Assembly (NCBI GenBank): GCA_963785305.1
Contig: CAWAUV010000007.1
Coordinates: 224,001-288,000, forward strand
DNA: 64,000 nucleotides
Source of the DNA: an uncultured Planctomycetaceae bacterium
GTDB lineage: Bacteria; Planctomycetota; Planctomycetia; Pirellulales; PALSA-1355
Direction of reading: 5' to 3'
The position numbers were made by a program, and so were the translations under genes. This document shows positions 32,134-43,127 of this stretch, piece by piece. Numbering within the stretch: the stretch's first letter is position 1; every line of letters starts with the position of its first letter. The notes under the pieces are model-generated. The model was not told where the DNA came from. It saw only the letters and a list, made by a program, of their open reading frames with translations, and did no database searches.

Positions 32134-32960
32134 CTAGGCCGCTCGCGCGGGCGATAGCGTCTCGTGCTCGGCGGGCAGGACCGCGATCGTCGTGGCGACT
32201 GTCGCCGTGGGCACGAGCGGCGCGGCCGGGCCCGAGGGCGGCGCCAGCTTAAGTCGGCCCAGGGGGCTGAAGAACAGACCGGGATATCCTGGCACGCGCG
32301 TCTGGTACTCGCGATACATGTTGCCCATGTAGTACACGAGCCGTTGGTCCTTGAACCAACTGCCGGCGAAGATATACACCGTCCAGAGGCCGGTGAGGAT
32401 CGCGCGATCGATCGTCATGTCGGGCGTGAACCAGGTGAGCCCCAAGAAGCTCAAATAGCCGGGATGGCGCATCACGGAAAACGCCCCGCGCGGTTTGAAC
32501 GGCCGCCGCGGAATCGGCTGACGCCTGACCCAATACCACCAGGGCAGCCAGCCGGTGTGATAGCCGAATCCGGAGCAGAGCAGGCTATAAAACAACGTTC
32601 CCCAGCAGCCGAGATAGAGCGCTTGCACGGCGATGCGGGACCAGCCCCCGAGTTGCCAGACGCCCAGTCGCCCACTTGCCACTGGAACATCGTGAGCAGG
32701 AGGGTCAGGCAGGCGGCCGTGCAAAAAAAGAGCCCGTAAAACGCGGGCGAAATCCAGCGTCCGAGCCATTTTTTCACCGGCGGCGCCAGCAACACGCTAT
32801 GCACCACGCAAAATTGAATCGCCAGGAGCGCGTCCCAGGCCAGATAGTTTCCGCCGGGTCGCGGCGGGGCGCCGGCCAGGAACACGTAGTTGTAGTACGA
32901 AGCGTAGACAAACAGCGCCTGCACCAGCAGGCCGACCGTGATTCCTAAAAATCTGCGCAC
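32134..32960 (-). CDS. Membrane ICMT/nurim/MddA-like methyltransferase (frameshift near 32650)
   Basis: Multiple TM helices; QFCVVHS, RHPGYLSF, W.TP.MT.D, Y..Y..RVP. Confidence 0.7.
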
Positions 32961-33019
32961 GCGTGCGGCTCCTTCCGATCTTCAGGGCCGGCCAATCCTT
33001 GGCCGATGTTATTTAATCG

Positions 33020-33868
33020 CTACTGAGTTTCTTTGTCCGCGAGCGGCTTTTTCGCCACGAAGCAGCCATAGCGCATCGATCCGTCGCGATAAGCGTCGCC
33101 AAGCACGTGAAATCGATCGAGAAACAGCGTCGTGTCGCGATCCACCAACCACGCGAGCCGTCGCACGCCGCTCCGCGCGACCCGCGCCTCGCAAATATCC
33201 CAAGTGCGAACGACCCGATCGGTCCAATCCAGGGATTGCGTGACCTGCAATCCGGCCTCGGTCATCCAGCCGCGATAGTCGTCGAAGGTTCCCAGCGATG
33301 GGCAGAAAAAGCCCTCGCAAACTTGCATCACGCGATCCAGGGCCGGCGCGTCTTGCCGGTCGCCCGCCAGCCACGCGCAAATCGCCATGCGGCCGCCGGG
33401 CTTGAGCCAACGCGCGGCGCGCTCGAAAAACTTCGGCTTATCGAACAAATGCTCCGTGCATTCGATGCTCCACACCAGATCGAAGCTTGCTTCCGGAAAT
33501 TCAGCCTGGTCGGCGTCGGCGCAAAGCCAGCGGGTGCTGCCCGAGAGCCCGCGCCGCCAGCTTTCGCAAGCGGCCCAGACCCGCTGAACCGGACTGAGCG
33601 TGATGCCGGTGGCCTGACAGCCGCGCCGCGCGAGGTCCATGGTCGAACCCCCCATGCCGCAGCCCACGTCGAGCACCGTTTGGCCCGAGCGCACCTCGGC
33701 CAGCGAGGCCAAGGTTTCGGTCAATTGTTGCTGCGCGACCTCGGGCGATTCATCGGCCTCCCATAGGCCATGATGAATGTGCCGGCCCCAGAGCAGGCGG
33801 TAGAACAGCGTCGAGAGATCGTAGTGAAAACGAATCTCGCTTTTCTTGACGGTTGGGCAACTGATCAC
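33020..33868 (-). CDS. SAM-dependent methyltransferase (tocopherol/sterol-MT-like)
   Basis: LWGRHIHHGLW, VLDVGCGMGG, FDLVWSIECTEH, LKPGG. Confidence 0.88.
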   Translation of the reverse strand: MISCPTVKKSEIRFHYDLSTLFYRLLWGRHIHHGLWEADESPEVAQQQLTETLASLAEVRSGQTVLDVGCGMGGSTMDLARRGCQATGITLSPVQRVWAACESWRRGLSGSTRWLCADADQAEFPEASFDLVWSIECTEHLFDKPKFFERAARWLKPGGRMAICAWLAGDRQDAPALDRVMQVCEGFFCPSLGTFDDYRGWMTEAGLQVTQSLDWTDRVVRTWDICEARVARSGVRRLAWLVDRDTTLFLDRFHVLGDAYRDGSMRYGCFVAKKPLADKETQ

Positions 33869-33946
33869 GGGGCTCGCCTTTCGAGTCGTGCGAGCGACCG
33901 GCGCATCGAAGTGCGCCGGTCGCACACGCATCCGCGGACTTGCAAT

Positions 33947-34597
33947 TTACTTGGCGAGATCGATTTCGCCCCAGATCGTCAGTTTATCGGCGACACCCAC
34001 GGCGCCCAGCGCCGCGGTGTAGGGCTTGATGCCGAACTTGGTCTGTTCGATGGCGAACTTGCCGCGGACGTGAACCGCGGCGCCCGCGTCGCTGGCTTCG
34101 GCCTGGATCACGAGCGGTTGGCTCGCGCCGTGCAGTCGAAATGTGCCGCGAAGCTCATACACCCGGCCAGCCGCCGTGGGCTTGCCCACCGGCAACGCCG
34201 ATTCGATATCGAACGTGGCCGTCGGATATTTTTTCACATCGAGCACTTCCGGTCCGAGCATATTGTCGGTGACCTGCTTCTGATGCGAGGCCGAAGCGCT
34301 GTCGCCCAGGCCCACGAACTTACGGGCCTCGTCGGTGTCGGCGATGAAGCTTGGCATGTCGAACACAATCTGCCCCGCGCCGCTTTTGGCGTCGAGCTTG
34401 AGCCGACCGCCTTGCAAGTGGCCGGCGATTCCGTGTTGATGTCCGAGACCGGACTTGTCGACCAGGATGTACACCCGACTTGTTTTCACATCGATGGCGC
34501 CCGTATCGGCCCGGGCCGGGCTCTGGGCCGCGGGAGCGAGATAGTTGGCGACGAGGGCAACGACCAGCGCGAGCGGAAAGGCGAAAGAGCGAACCAT
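33947..34597 (-). CDS. YceI-family lipid/polyisoprenoid-binding protein
   Basis: Signal peptide; LDVKKYPTATF, GTFRLHG, QTKFGIKP. Confidence 0.85.
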   Translation of the reverse strand: MVRSFAFPLALVVALVANYLAPAAQSPARADTGAIDVKTSRVYILVDKSGLGHQHGIAGHLQGGRLKLDAKSGAGQIVFDMPSFIADTDEARKFVGLGDSASASHQKQVTDNMLGPEVLDVKKYPTATFDIESALPVGKPTAAGRVYELRGTFRLHGASQPLVIQAEASDAGAAVHVRGKFAIEQTKFGIKPYTAALGAVGVADKLTIWGEIDLAK

Positions 34598-34827
34598 GGG
34601 CAAATTCCTCCGTGAGGCGGCAGCGAACCGGAGACAAAACCGCGGAATGATCAGACAAGCGTCGTCTGGAGAATCGCGATGTCGCGTCCTCCAGAAACAC
34701 CAGTAAAACGGCCCTACGGAAAACAATCCCGCCTAGCGCCGGTCTGACATAGGATCATTCCACGAACTTCGCTAAGCTTAGCCCCGCCCGACCGTTCATC
34801 AAATGGCAAAACACGGGAAATGCTCGT

Positions 34828-35789
34828 ATGTTAAGAACAGGTTTGGCCTTGTTCGCTGCCCTGGCGGCGCTCGAAAACGCGAGGCTCGGCATCGTTGGCG
34901 CCCATCCCCTGCTAGCAGCGGACGCTCGCGCCGAGTTGAGCGCCGCGCCAGGAGTTCCCGCGAACCCGCTCCAGGCGCAATTGATTCGCGATGGCGTGCC
35001 GGTGTCGGCGAGCGAAACGCTCCATTTGCCGGCGCCGACGGGCGCGGCGGGCCTCGGCGCCGCCGAGCAGCGCGCGCGCGTCAAGTCGATTCCCGCGCGC
35101 ATATTGATTGGGACTCATTCACGCGCCATTCGGTCGTCGCGCCGTTCGTGCTCAAGATCGGCGCGCCGGCCGATGGGCCCGCCAGCCAAGCCGCGGGTCG
35201 GCAGGTGGACCTGTGGTTCGTCGCCTATGGCGATCTCGACTCCCTGGCCGACGATGATTTCGTCGAGCGGCAATTTCGCTCCGCCGCGAGCGAAGACGAT
35301 TCGGAAAACCGCCCGCGCACCAAGCTCTTCACCGAGGCCGAACTGGCAAGCCGCGGCATCGCTCTACCCAGCGGACCCAACCGCCCCGCGTTTCTCGCCG
35401 GCGACTTCACATTGCTCGACAAAGCACGCATCTCGGGCGTGGCGCGAAGCCTGAAGACGCGCGAGGCCGATCTGCTCGTCGTGGCCTCTTTGCTCGACGA
35501 GCGATTCGACTCCGACGCCGAATTTCCCAACTCCTGGCGGGCGATCACCCGCGACTCGGCCGGCAAGCGCCAATTGGGCGTTCGGCAACCTTATGCGGGT
35601 TTTGGCTCCTACGCCCAGGTCACGCGGTTGGCCGAACCGGCCGGCGCGCTGCTGATTGAATACCATGTCGCCTTCGCCGAGCCGAAAGGCTGGTTTAATG
35701 GCGCGAATCTGTTGCGGTCCAAGCTGCCGATCGTGGCGCAAGAGGGAGTGCGCAAGTTGCGGCGTTCGCTCGATGCGAAGAAATCGTAG
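34828..35789 (+). CDS. Secreted hypothetical protein (frameshift near 35100)
   Basis: Signal peptide in one frame, continuing ORF in another (VDLWFVAYGDL..EPKGWFNGANLLRSKLP). Confidence 0.6.
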
Positions 35790-35794
35790 CGAGT

Positions 35795-36973
35795 GTGTTC
35801 GCGGCGCTCTGTTCGCGGGAGAATCCGTTCGTGCCCAGGTCGTTGCCCAGCCCGACGCCGCAACTTGCCCGCACCGGCCGCCGGCTTGGCGTTGCCGCGG
35901 CGGCGGCGCTCGGCGCGCTCATGTGCGGCTGTTTATCGGAGCCGCTGCGCGTGTCCACGAACTCGCGCGTGGGCGGCGACTTGGCGGCTCAGGTCGACGC
36001 CACCGCCAAGGTCGACGCCAATGTCAATGGCCATGTCGACGCCGATCTGTCGCTCACGCCCAAGCCGATTCCGGTGCGGGCAGTGCGACTGCCGCATGCC
36101 ACGAAACACCGCGCGCCGGTCGTGGCTCTGGTCGATGTCGATGGCCTACTGCTCGACGCCGACGCCGCGGGCCTTGGCTCGCTGGGCGAAAATCCGGTGG
36201 CGGCCTTTCGCGAAAAGCTCGACGCGATCGAGGCCGATGCCCAGGTGTGCGCCGTCGTGGTGCGAATTAACACCTATGGCGGCGGCGTCACGGCGTCGGA
36301 CATCATGTGGCGCGATCTGCAAGCGTTTCGCCATCGCACTGGCTTGCCGGTCGTCGCGTGTCTAATGGATGTGGCCACGGGCGGCGGGTACTACTTGGCC
36401 ACGGCCGCCGACAAGATCGTGGCCCACCCGACGACCATCACCGGCGGCATCGGCTGCATCTTGAATCTCTACAATCTGCAAGACCTGATGGGCCAGTTCA
36501 ATATCGTGAACATGGCGATCAAGAGCGGACCCAAGATCGACGTGGGCACTCCGACCAAGCCGCTCGACGAAGCCGATCGCCAATTGCTGCAACAAATGTG
36601 CGACGATTTTCACGCCCGGTTTCGCAAGCTGGTGCTCGAAACGCGCCCGGTCGACGCCAAGAACGAAGCCGTGTTCGATGGCCGGGTCTGCACCGGGATC
36701 AAGGCGCACGAATGGGGTCTGGTCGATCGCGTGGGCTATCTCGACGATGCCCTGGCGCTGTGCGGCGGGCTTGGCCGATCGCCAGCGGCCGATGTCGTGA
36801 CGTTCCGTCGCAAGGGCGATGAAGCTCTCTCGACGTATGCCATCACCCCGAATATCCCCCTGCACGACAAGCTGGTTCCGGTGAGCATTCCGGGCCTCGA
36901 TCGCACTCGGTTACCCACGTATCTTTACATGTGGCTGGTCGAGCCCTCGGCCGAGAAAATCTTGGGAAAATAG
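35795..36973 (+). CDS. sppA: S49 family peptidase (SppA-like)
   Basis: VRINTYGGGVTASD, ATGGGYYLATAAD, TTITGGIG, IKSGPK. Confidence 0.85.
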   Translation: MFAALCSRENPFVPRSLPSPTPQLARTGRRLGVAAAAALGALMCGCLSEPLRVSTNSRVGGDLAAQVDATAKVDANVNGHVDADLSLTPKPIPVRAVRLPHATKHRAPVVALVDVDGLLLDADAAGLGSLGENPVAAFREKLDAIEADAQVCAVVVRINTYGGGVTASDIMWRDLQAFRHRTGLPVVACLMDVATGGGYYLATAADKIVAHPTTITGGIGCILNLYNLQDLMGQFNIVNMAIKSGPKIDVGTPTKPLDEADRQLLQQMCDDFHARFRKLVLETRPVDAKNEAVFDGRVCTGIKAHEWGLVDRVGYLDDALALCGGLGRSPAADVVTFRRKGDEALSTYAITPNIPLHDKLVPVSIPGLDRTRLPTYLYMWLVEPSAEKILGK

Positions 36974-37104
36974 AGAGTCAAGGGGTGCGCCGTCTTCGCG
37001 GTCCATTTCCAACCTGCAAGGGCCCGGGGCCCTTTCGCGCGGGGCGCGTTTCCGGCATAATGCTCGTTTTTCCCGCAGGCGGCAGCAGCGAGGGTTTTTC
37101 GATC

Positions 37105-38726
37105 ATGCCCAGAATTATCGTTCTCGACACCATCGCCCCCGAAGGCTTGGCGATGCTCGACGCCGCGGGCGTCGAATTCGAAGTGCGCACCGGACTCAAG
37201 GGCGACGCCTTGCGGTCGTCGCTCGCCGAGTTCGATGGCGCCATTCTCCGCAGCGGCGTCAAAATCACGGCCGAGTCGCTCGAAGGCAACCAGCGGCTCA
37301 AGGCGATCGTGCGGGCCGGAGTCGGCACCGACAATATCGACTCGAAGGCCGCCACCCGGCTCGGCATCATCGTGATGAACACGCCGGCCGGCAACACCGT
37401 GAGCACCGCCGAACATGCCATCGCCTTGATGCTCGCCCTCTCGCGCAATGTGGCCCCGGCGTATCAAAGCCTCATCGAGGGCCGCTGGGATCGGGCCAAA
37501 TACATGGGCACGCAGCTCGCCGACAAGACGCTCGGGATCATCGGACTCGGCCGCATCGGCCAAGCGGTCGCCCAGCGAGCCAAGGCATTTCAAATGAACC
37601 TGCTCGGCTACGATCCGTTCCTGTCGGCCGAGCGCGCCAAAGAGCTCGGCATCCAACCGGTTCCCACGGTCGAAGACATGCTGCCGCAAGTCGACTACCT
37701 CACGGTTCACACCCCGCTGACCGACGAAACCCGCAATCTGATCGGCATGCCGCAGCTGGCAAAGCTTCGCAAGGGCGTGCGGCTGATCAACGTGCGCTCG
37801 CGGCGGCATCTACAACGAAGAGGCGCTCGTCGAGGGGCTCAAAAGCGGCGTGATCGCCGGCGTGGCGCTCGATGTGTTCGCCACCGAGCCCTGCCCGAAA
37901 CATCCGCTGTTCGGCATGCCGGGCGTGGTGTGTACTCCGCACTTGGGCGCCAGCACCGAAGAGGCGCAGACCCAAGTGGCGGTCGAAGGCATCGGCCTCT
38001 TGCTCGACTTCTTCCGCACCGGCGCGATTCGCCATGCCGTGAACATGACCCCGGTCGATCGCGCGACGATGAACGAACTGCGCGGCTATCTCGATGTGGC
38101 CTATCGCTTGGGAATGCTCGTGGCTCAAAGCGAATTGGGCACGATTCAGCGCTGCACATTGCGATATCGCGGCGAAGTGGCCAGCAAGAAGACCAAGCTC
38201 ATCACCTCGAGCTTTGCCGCCGGTCTGCTCTCGAAAGCGCTCTACGCAAGAGATCAATATCGTCAACGCCGAAGTCTTGCTCCGCGAGCGCGGCATCGAG
38301 TTGGTCGAGCAAACTCGCGGCGACTTGGGCGCTTTCAGCTCGACCGTCACCGCCGAAGTCACCGCCGAAAAGAAGATAATTTCCGCGACAGGCACCGTGT
38401 TCGGGCTCGATATGCCGCGGCTCGTGCAGCTCAATGAGTATCGGCTCGAGACGTATCTCGACGGTGTGTTGCTGCTCTTCACGCACAAGGACGTGCCGGG
38501 CATCATCGGCCTCGTGGGCACGATCTTCGGGCGGCACAAGGTGAATATCGCCCAGATGTCGGTCGGCCGCGCGAGCAAGGGTGGCCAAGCGATCGGCGTG
38601 TTGAATCTCGACGCGCTGCCGCCCAAGGAAGCGATCGACGAAGTGCGCTCCCACGACGCGATTCAATCGGCCACGGTCATCAAATTGCCCGACGCCGGCG
38701 AAAAGCCGAGCTGGATGGCGGTCTAG
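37105..38726 (+). CDS. serA: D-3-phosphoglycerate dehydrogenase with ASB/ACT domains (frameshifts near 37797 and 38240)
   Basis: RAGVGTDNID, IIGLGRIG, ALDVF..EP, TPHLGASTEEAQ, DVPGIIG..VNIAQMSVGR. Confidence 0.95.
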
Positions 38727-38764
38727 CAGCCCATTTGGCTATTTGGTCAACCGCGAATAAAAAA

Positions 38765-38812
38765 CGAACGCGGCCCTCGGAATTGTTATCGATTCCGAGG
38801 GCCGCGTTTTTT
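38765..38812. terminator. Bidirectional terminator between convergent genes
   Basis: AACGCGGCCCTCGGAAT/ATTCCGAGGGCCGCGTT with A and T runs. Confidence 0.85.
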
Positions 38813-38845
38813 CGCGTGGGTCCGTTCGCGAATTTCGCGTTCGCT

Positions 38846-39342
38846 TCAGCGGGCCGCGGATTGCTCCTCGACGATCTCGCTCACGAGCAGGTCCTTCAGC
38901 TTCTCGTCGGTGGCCTCTTCTTCCTCGTAGGTCTTTTGCAGAAGCTTGAACACCTCGGTTTGGCCGAGTTTTTCAGCAAGCGCCCTCGCGGTGCAATAGG
39001 CCGCCATTTCATAGTGCTCCACCCGTGCGCGGCGCCGATCAGGCCCGCGTCGAGCACCGCGGGCTCGCCCTCTTGCTCGAGCTGCTCGGCGCCCTCGGTG
39101 ACCAAGCCTTCCATGGCGGCGCAATGTTCCGCCTGCGCCGATTTGCCCAGATGTCCAAAAGCCTTTTCAAGCCGTTCGACATGGGTCTTGGTTTGTTCCA
39201 AATGTTTGAGAAAACCTGCTCGCAATTTGGGATTCGTCGCGCCCTTGGCCATTTTGGGCAGGGCTTTTATCAACTGCTTTTCGGCGCTCAGCAGGTCTTT
39301 CAGTTCATGTACGAGCAAGTCTTCCATCGTGGCAAGTTTCAT
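38846..39342 (-). CDS. Ferritin-like DUF892 (YciE/YciF) protein (frameshift near 39025)
   Basis: ELKDLLSAEKQL, HLEQTKTHVERLE, CAAMEGLVTE, VEHYEMAAY, EEEATDEKL. Confidence 0.9.
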
Positions 39343-39765
39343 GGTTCGCCTTTCACAAGAAATAAATGGCCAAAACATTCGGCGGCGAGATCACGAGCCC
39401 CGCGCCGCGGGAAAGATGCGATTCAAGCAATGCGGCCCCCATCGGCCGCACGGCGTTAAATCCATGCATAAGCAAACATGGCGCCATGATCGAAAAGGCC
39501 GGAATCGATCGACATCGAACACCGGAAAACCCTGGAAAGCAAATTCACGGACCGCTGAAAGTTTGGCGACTCCGATCGAGCGGGCGCCACTTCATGGAAC
39601 TCGCGGCTGATGCGTCGCCGCTCAATACGTTTCTTTCGCGACCACGGTGGCTGGTGGCCTTGGAGCCGAGAAGCGGTTGGCGGAAACCGTCGCGCGGCGT
39701 TATCCTAAACGCACTTCGCAAGCGGCTCCTTCAAAACTCCCTTTTCTTGATTGCGGCGCGAGCCC

Positions 39766-40998
39766 ATGTCCGCTTCCAAAACCGAAGTCGTGGTGATTAA
39801 CTGCGGCAGTTCGTCGCTTAAGTTTGCTTGGATCGAGAGCCAACATGGCGAATTGCTGGCCACGGGCCTCGCCGAACGCCTGGGCTCGCCCGAAGCTCGA
39901 TGGAAACTGACTTGCAAAGGCGCGGAGCATTCGGAAGCGCTCGCCGGCGCCGATCATGCCCGGACCCTCGAACGGATGGTATCCCTCTGCTGGCCGGGAG
40001 CCGAGCCGCGGGGACTCTTGGCTGTCGGGCATCGCATTGTGCATGGCGGCCCGCGGTTTCACGAGCCGGTAGTGATCGACGACGATGTGTTGCGAGGCAT
40101 CGAAGGGTGCGTCGATCTGGCCCCGCTACACAATCCGGCCAATCTCACCGGAATTGCGATCGCGCGGCGCCATTTTCCCGATCTTCCCAATGTGGCGGTG
40201 TTCGACACTTCGTTTCACCATACGCTGCCCGAGCCTGCCTATGTGTACGGCGTGCCCCACGAATGGCGCGAGCAGCACGCTGCCCGCCGCTATGGTTTTC
40301 ATGGCACGAGCTACGAGTTCGTGTCGGGGGAAACGGCCCGTCGGCTCGGCCGCCCCGCGGAAGACTTGCAACTCATCATGGCCCACCTGGGCAACGGCGC
40401 CAGTGTATGCGCCATGCGCGGCGGGCGGAGTGTCGACACCAGCATGGGGCTCACGCCGCTCGAAGGGCTGGTCATGGGCACGCGCTCGGGCGATGTCGAC
40501 CCGAATCTAACGGAGTACATTGCCCGAAAAACAGGTCGGCCAATCACCGAAATCATCGACATTTTGAATCGCCACAGCGGTCTGGCGGGCGTTTCGGGAC
40601 TGGGCAACGATATGCGCACGCTCATCGAAGCGGCGGCCGGCGGCGCGGCGCGCGCCCAACTGGCGATCGATCTGTTTTGCTATCGGCTGGCGCGGTGGAT
40701 ATTGGCGGTGGCGGCCGGTTTGTCGCGGATCGACGCGCTCGTGTTCACCGCCGGCATCGGCGAGCATTCGGCCGAAATACGCGCCGAAGCGCTCGCCAAC
40801 CTCGCGATTCTCGGGCCGCAACTCGATTCCGCGCGCAACGCGGCGCATGGCAAGCAGTCGGGCGGCGTGATTACGCGCGAGGGCGCCCCCGGACTCGTGG
40901 CGATGGTTGTGCCAACCAACGAAGAATGGATGATCGCCCGCCACGCAGCTCGGCTCTGCGGACAACCGGCCGCGCCGGGCAACGCGCGGGCCAAATGA
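39766..40998 (+). CDS. ackA: Acetate kinase
   Basis: INCGSSSLK, GHRIVHGG, APLHNPAN, YGFHGTS, HLGNGAS, MGTRSGD, FTAGIGE. Confidence 0.96.
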   Translation: MSASKTEVVVINCGSSSLKFAWIESQHGELLATGLAERLGSPEARWKLTCKGAEHSEALAGADHARTLERMVSLCWPGAEPRGLLAVGHRIVHGGPRFHEPVVIDDDVLRGIEGCVDLAPLHNPANLTGIAIARRHFPDLPNVAVFDTSFHHTLPEPAYVYGVPHEWREQHAARRYGFHGTSYEFVSGETARRLGRPAEDLQLIMAHLGNGASVCAMRGGRSVDTSMGLTPLEGLVMGTRSGDVDPNLTEYIARKTGRPITEIIDILNRHSGLAGVSGLGNDMRTLIEAAAGGAARAQLAIDLFCYRLARWILAVAAGLSRIDALVFTAGIGEHSAEIRAEALANLAILGPQLDSARNAAHGKQSGGVITREGAPGLVAMVVPTNEEWMIARHAARLCGQPAAPGNARAK

Positions 40999-41012
40999 TC
41001 GGGCGCCGCGGT

Positions 41013-42002
41013 TCAGACCGTGACGACGATCTTTCCAATCTGCGCGTTCGACTCCAGGAAACGATGCGCTTCGACAATTTGCTCAAAGGGAAATGTCTTG
41101 GCGATGAGCGGTTTGAGTTTGCCCTCGGCCAGACCTTGCACGATAAACTTCTTGGCTCGATCGAGTCGCGCCGCGTCGGCCGTGAGCTCGAGCAAGAGAT
41201 AACCTCGCACCGTAAGCGACTTGCTGAGCAGGTCCAAGAGCGGCAAGGGCGTAGGCTCGGCGCTGAGCGCACCGTATTCGAACAAAATGCCGCGTTCGGC
41301 CAGAGCCGCGAGCAACTTGAGCACTGTCGGCCCGCCCACCGGATCAAAAGCCACGCGCACCCCACGACCGCCCGTGATCCGGCGCACTTCGGCCACAAGG
41401 TCTTGCTCTTCGGTGGCAATCAAATGCGCGGCGCCGGCATCGAGCAGCGCTTGCCCCTTGGCGCCGGTTCGCGTGAGGGCCACGGGCACGGCGCCGACCA
41501 TGTTCGTAATTTGAATTGCGGCCAAGCCCACGCTGCTCGACGCCGCGGGAATTAGCACCGTGTCGCCCTGGCCGATCGCGGCGATGTCGATCAGCGCACC
41601 GTAGGCCGTGGCGTATTGCATCCAGATTGCCGCCGCCTCGACCCAAGAGAGCGAAGGCGGGTGCTTCACCGCGGCGCTGGCCGGGGCCAAGATCATGTCG
41701 CCATAGGTTCCGTAGCGATTCATCGAGAACGAGGGCACGAGACTTACCGCGTCGCCCGGCTTGAATTGGGCAACGCCCATGCCAATCGCGTCGACCACTC
41801 CCGCCGCCTCGTAGCCGAGCCGAGCCGGAAACTTGGGCTGCTCGATGTACTGGCCACCGCGGAACATCGCCTCAGCCCGATTGAGGCCGATGGCTTTGAC
41901 CGCAATCCGAATTTCGTTGTTCCCCGGCCGTGGCACATCGACTTCTTCGATCCGCAAGACTTCGGGTCCGCCGGTTTCGTGAAAACGCACAGCGCGCGCC
42001 AT
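41013..42002 (-). CDS. MDR-family quinone oxidoreductase-like protein
   Basis: GGPEVL, GLNRAE, LGYEAAG, AASSSVGLAAIQ, GKIVV. Confidence 0.9.
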   Translation of the reverse strand: MARAVRFHETGGPEVLRIEEVDVPRPGNNEIRIAVKAIGLNRAEAMFRGGQYIEQPKFPARLGYEAAGVVDAIGMGVAQFKPGDAVSLVPSFSMNRYGTYGDMILAPASAAVKHPPSLSWVEAAAIWMQYATAYGALIDIAAIGQGDTVLIPAASSSVGLAAIQITNMVGAVPVALTRTGAKGQALLDAGAAHLIATEEQDLVAEVRRITGGRGVRVAFDPVGGPTVLKLLAALAERGILFEYGALSAEPTPLPLLDLLSKSLTVRGYLLLELTADAARLDRAKKFIVQGLAEGKLKPLIAKTFPFEQIVEAHRFLESNAQIGKIVVTV

Positions 42003-42358
42003 GAGCGAGTTCTCCTGGTATGGGAGCTACCGTATTGGAGTCACCGTATTGGAGCTATCTCGTTGCTGGAGTCATCTTGTGTCGGGTTCGATGGCCCCAG
42101 GAAAGAGTCGCGATGGGAGCTTTGGCCCACCGTTCGTGGTTCAAAAGCCGCCCAACGCGCTGCCAGCCAAGGAAACGAATCCCTGGCCCGGCGACTCCTC
42201 GGAACGATCGAGATTATACCAAGACTTCCGCTTGAGCGGGTCTGCCCCGAGCCCCACCGCGCATTAGCGGACCGGGACCGGTTTCCACCCGGGTTGAGGC
42301 GCGCCTACCTTCGACGACCCTTGGCTGGCGTTTCCGCCGGAGCCCCGCCTTCGAGGCG

Positions 42359-42752
42359 TCATTTGTCGGCCTTTTTTGCGTCGCGGACGTACTTATGGCA
42401 GTTGACGCAGCTCAGCGTGACGTCGATGTAAGCCAGCGTCGCGCCGTCCAGGTTTTTCTTGCGCGGCTTCGGTGAGTTTGTCCGCCGAATGGCGAAATTC
42501 GGTGCTGAGGTATAAGTACTCCGGAGTTTGCACCACCTGCCAGGTCGAAGCTTGGCTGAGCAGGCTCAATTCCTGTGCGTGCCGCGCGATCGAATCAAAG
42601 TCTTCCGTCACCAGGCCCTCGAACACTTTCTGGCTATGGGGAAGCTTGCGGCGCATGAATTCGCGAACTTGATTGGGCTGTTCCTCGCCGCCGTAAAGAG
42701 CGGCGCAGATTCCCGCGGCGACAATTCCCAAACACACGATTTTCTTGATCAT
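42359..42752 (-). CDS. Exported cytochrome c'-like helical protein (frameshift near 42455)
   Basis: Signal peptide; C-terminal heme motif SCVNCHKYVR in the shifted frame. Confidence 0.75.
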
Positions 42753-43127
42753 AAGACAGCTCCAAATTGGCAAGGGGATAACGGCGCGCATCGAGCAACG
42801 CAACTCCAATGCCATCGCGGGGCAATGCGACGAATTCGCGGCGAACGACCGCCGCCGCCGCATGAAGCAGGCTTACGCCACGCCGCCAAGTGCCGAGATG
42901 CGCACGATTCTGGCTCGGGTCTCGCCAAAACCGCACACTTCCGCGTCTCCGCTGGATTTCCGACTTTGACTTGCGCGGCGGAATCCGCCGTCTTGGACAA
43001 CGGGCGAAGCTTGCGAGGCGCCGATCAACGGTTGGCATGGAACATGCGTCCATCCTTGCTCGGGGCCGCCGCTCGTTTGCGTGGTCACATCTTTCACGGC
43101 TGGGCTAGATAACATCTAGAGGTTGGC

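Noticed and set aside
42018..42076. CRISPR array
   Set aside because: Units are 14 bp with no spacers, and no cas genes are in the window.
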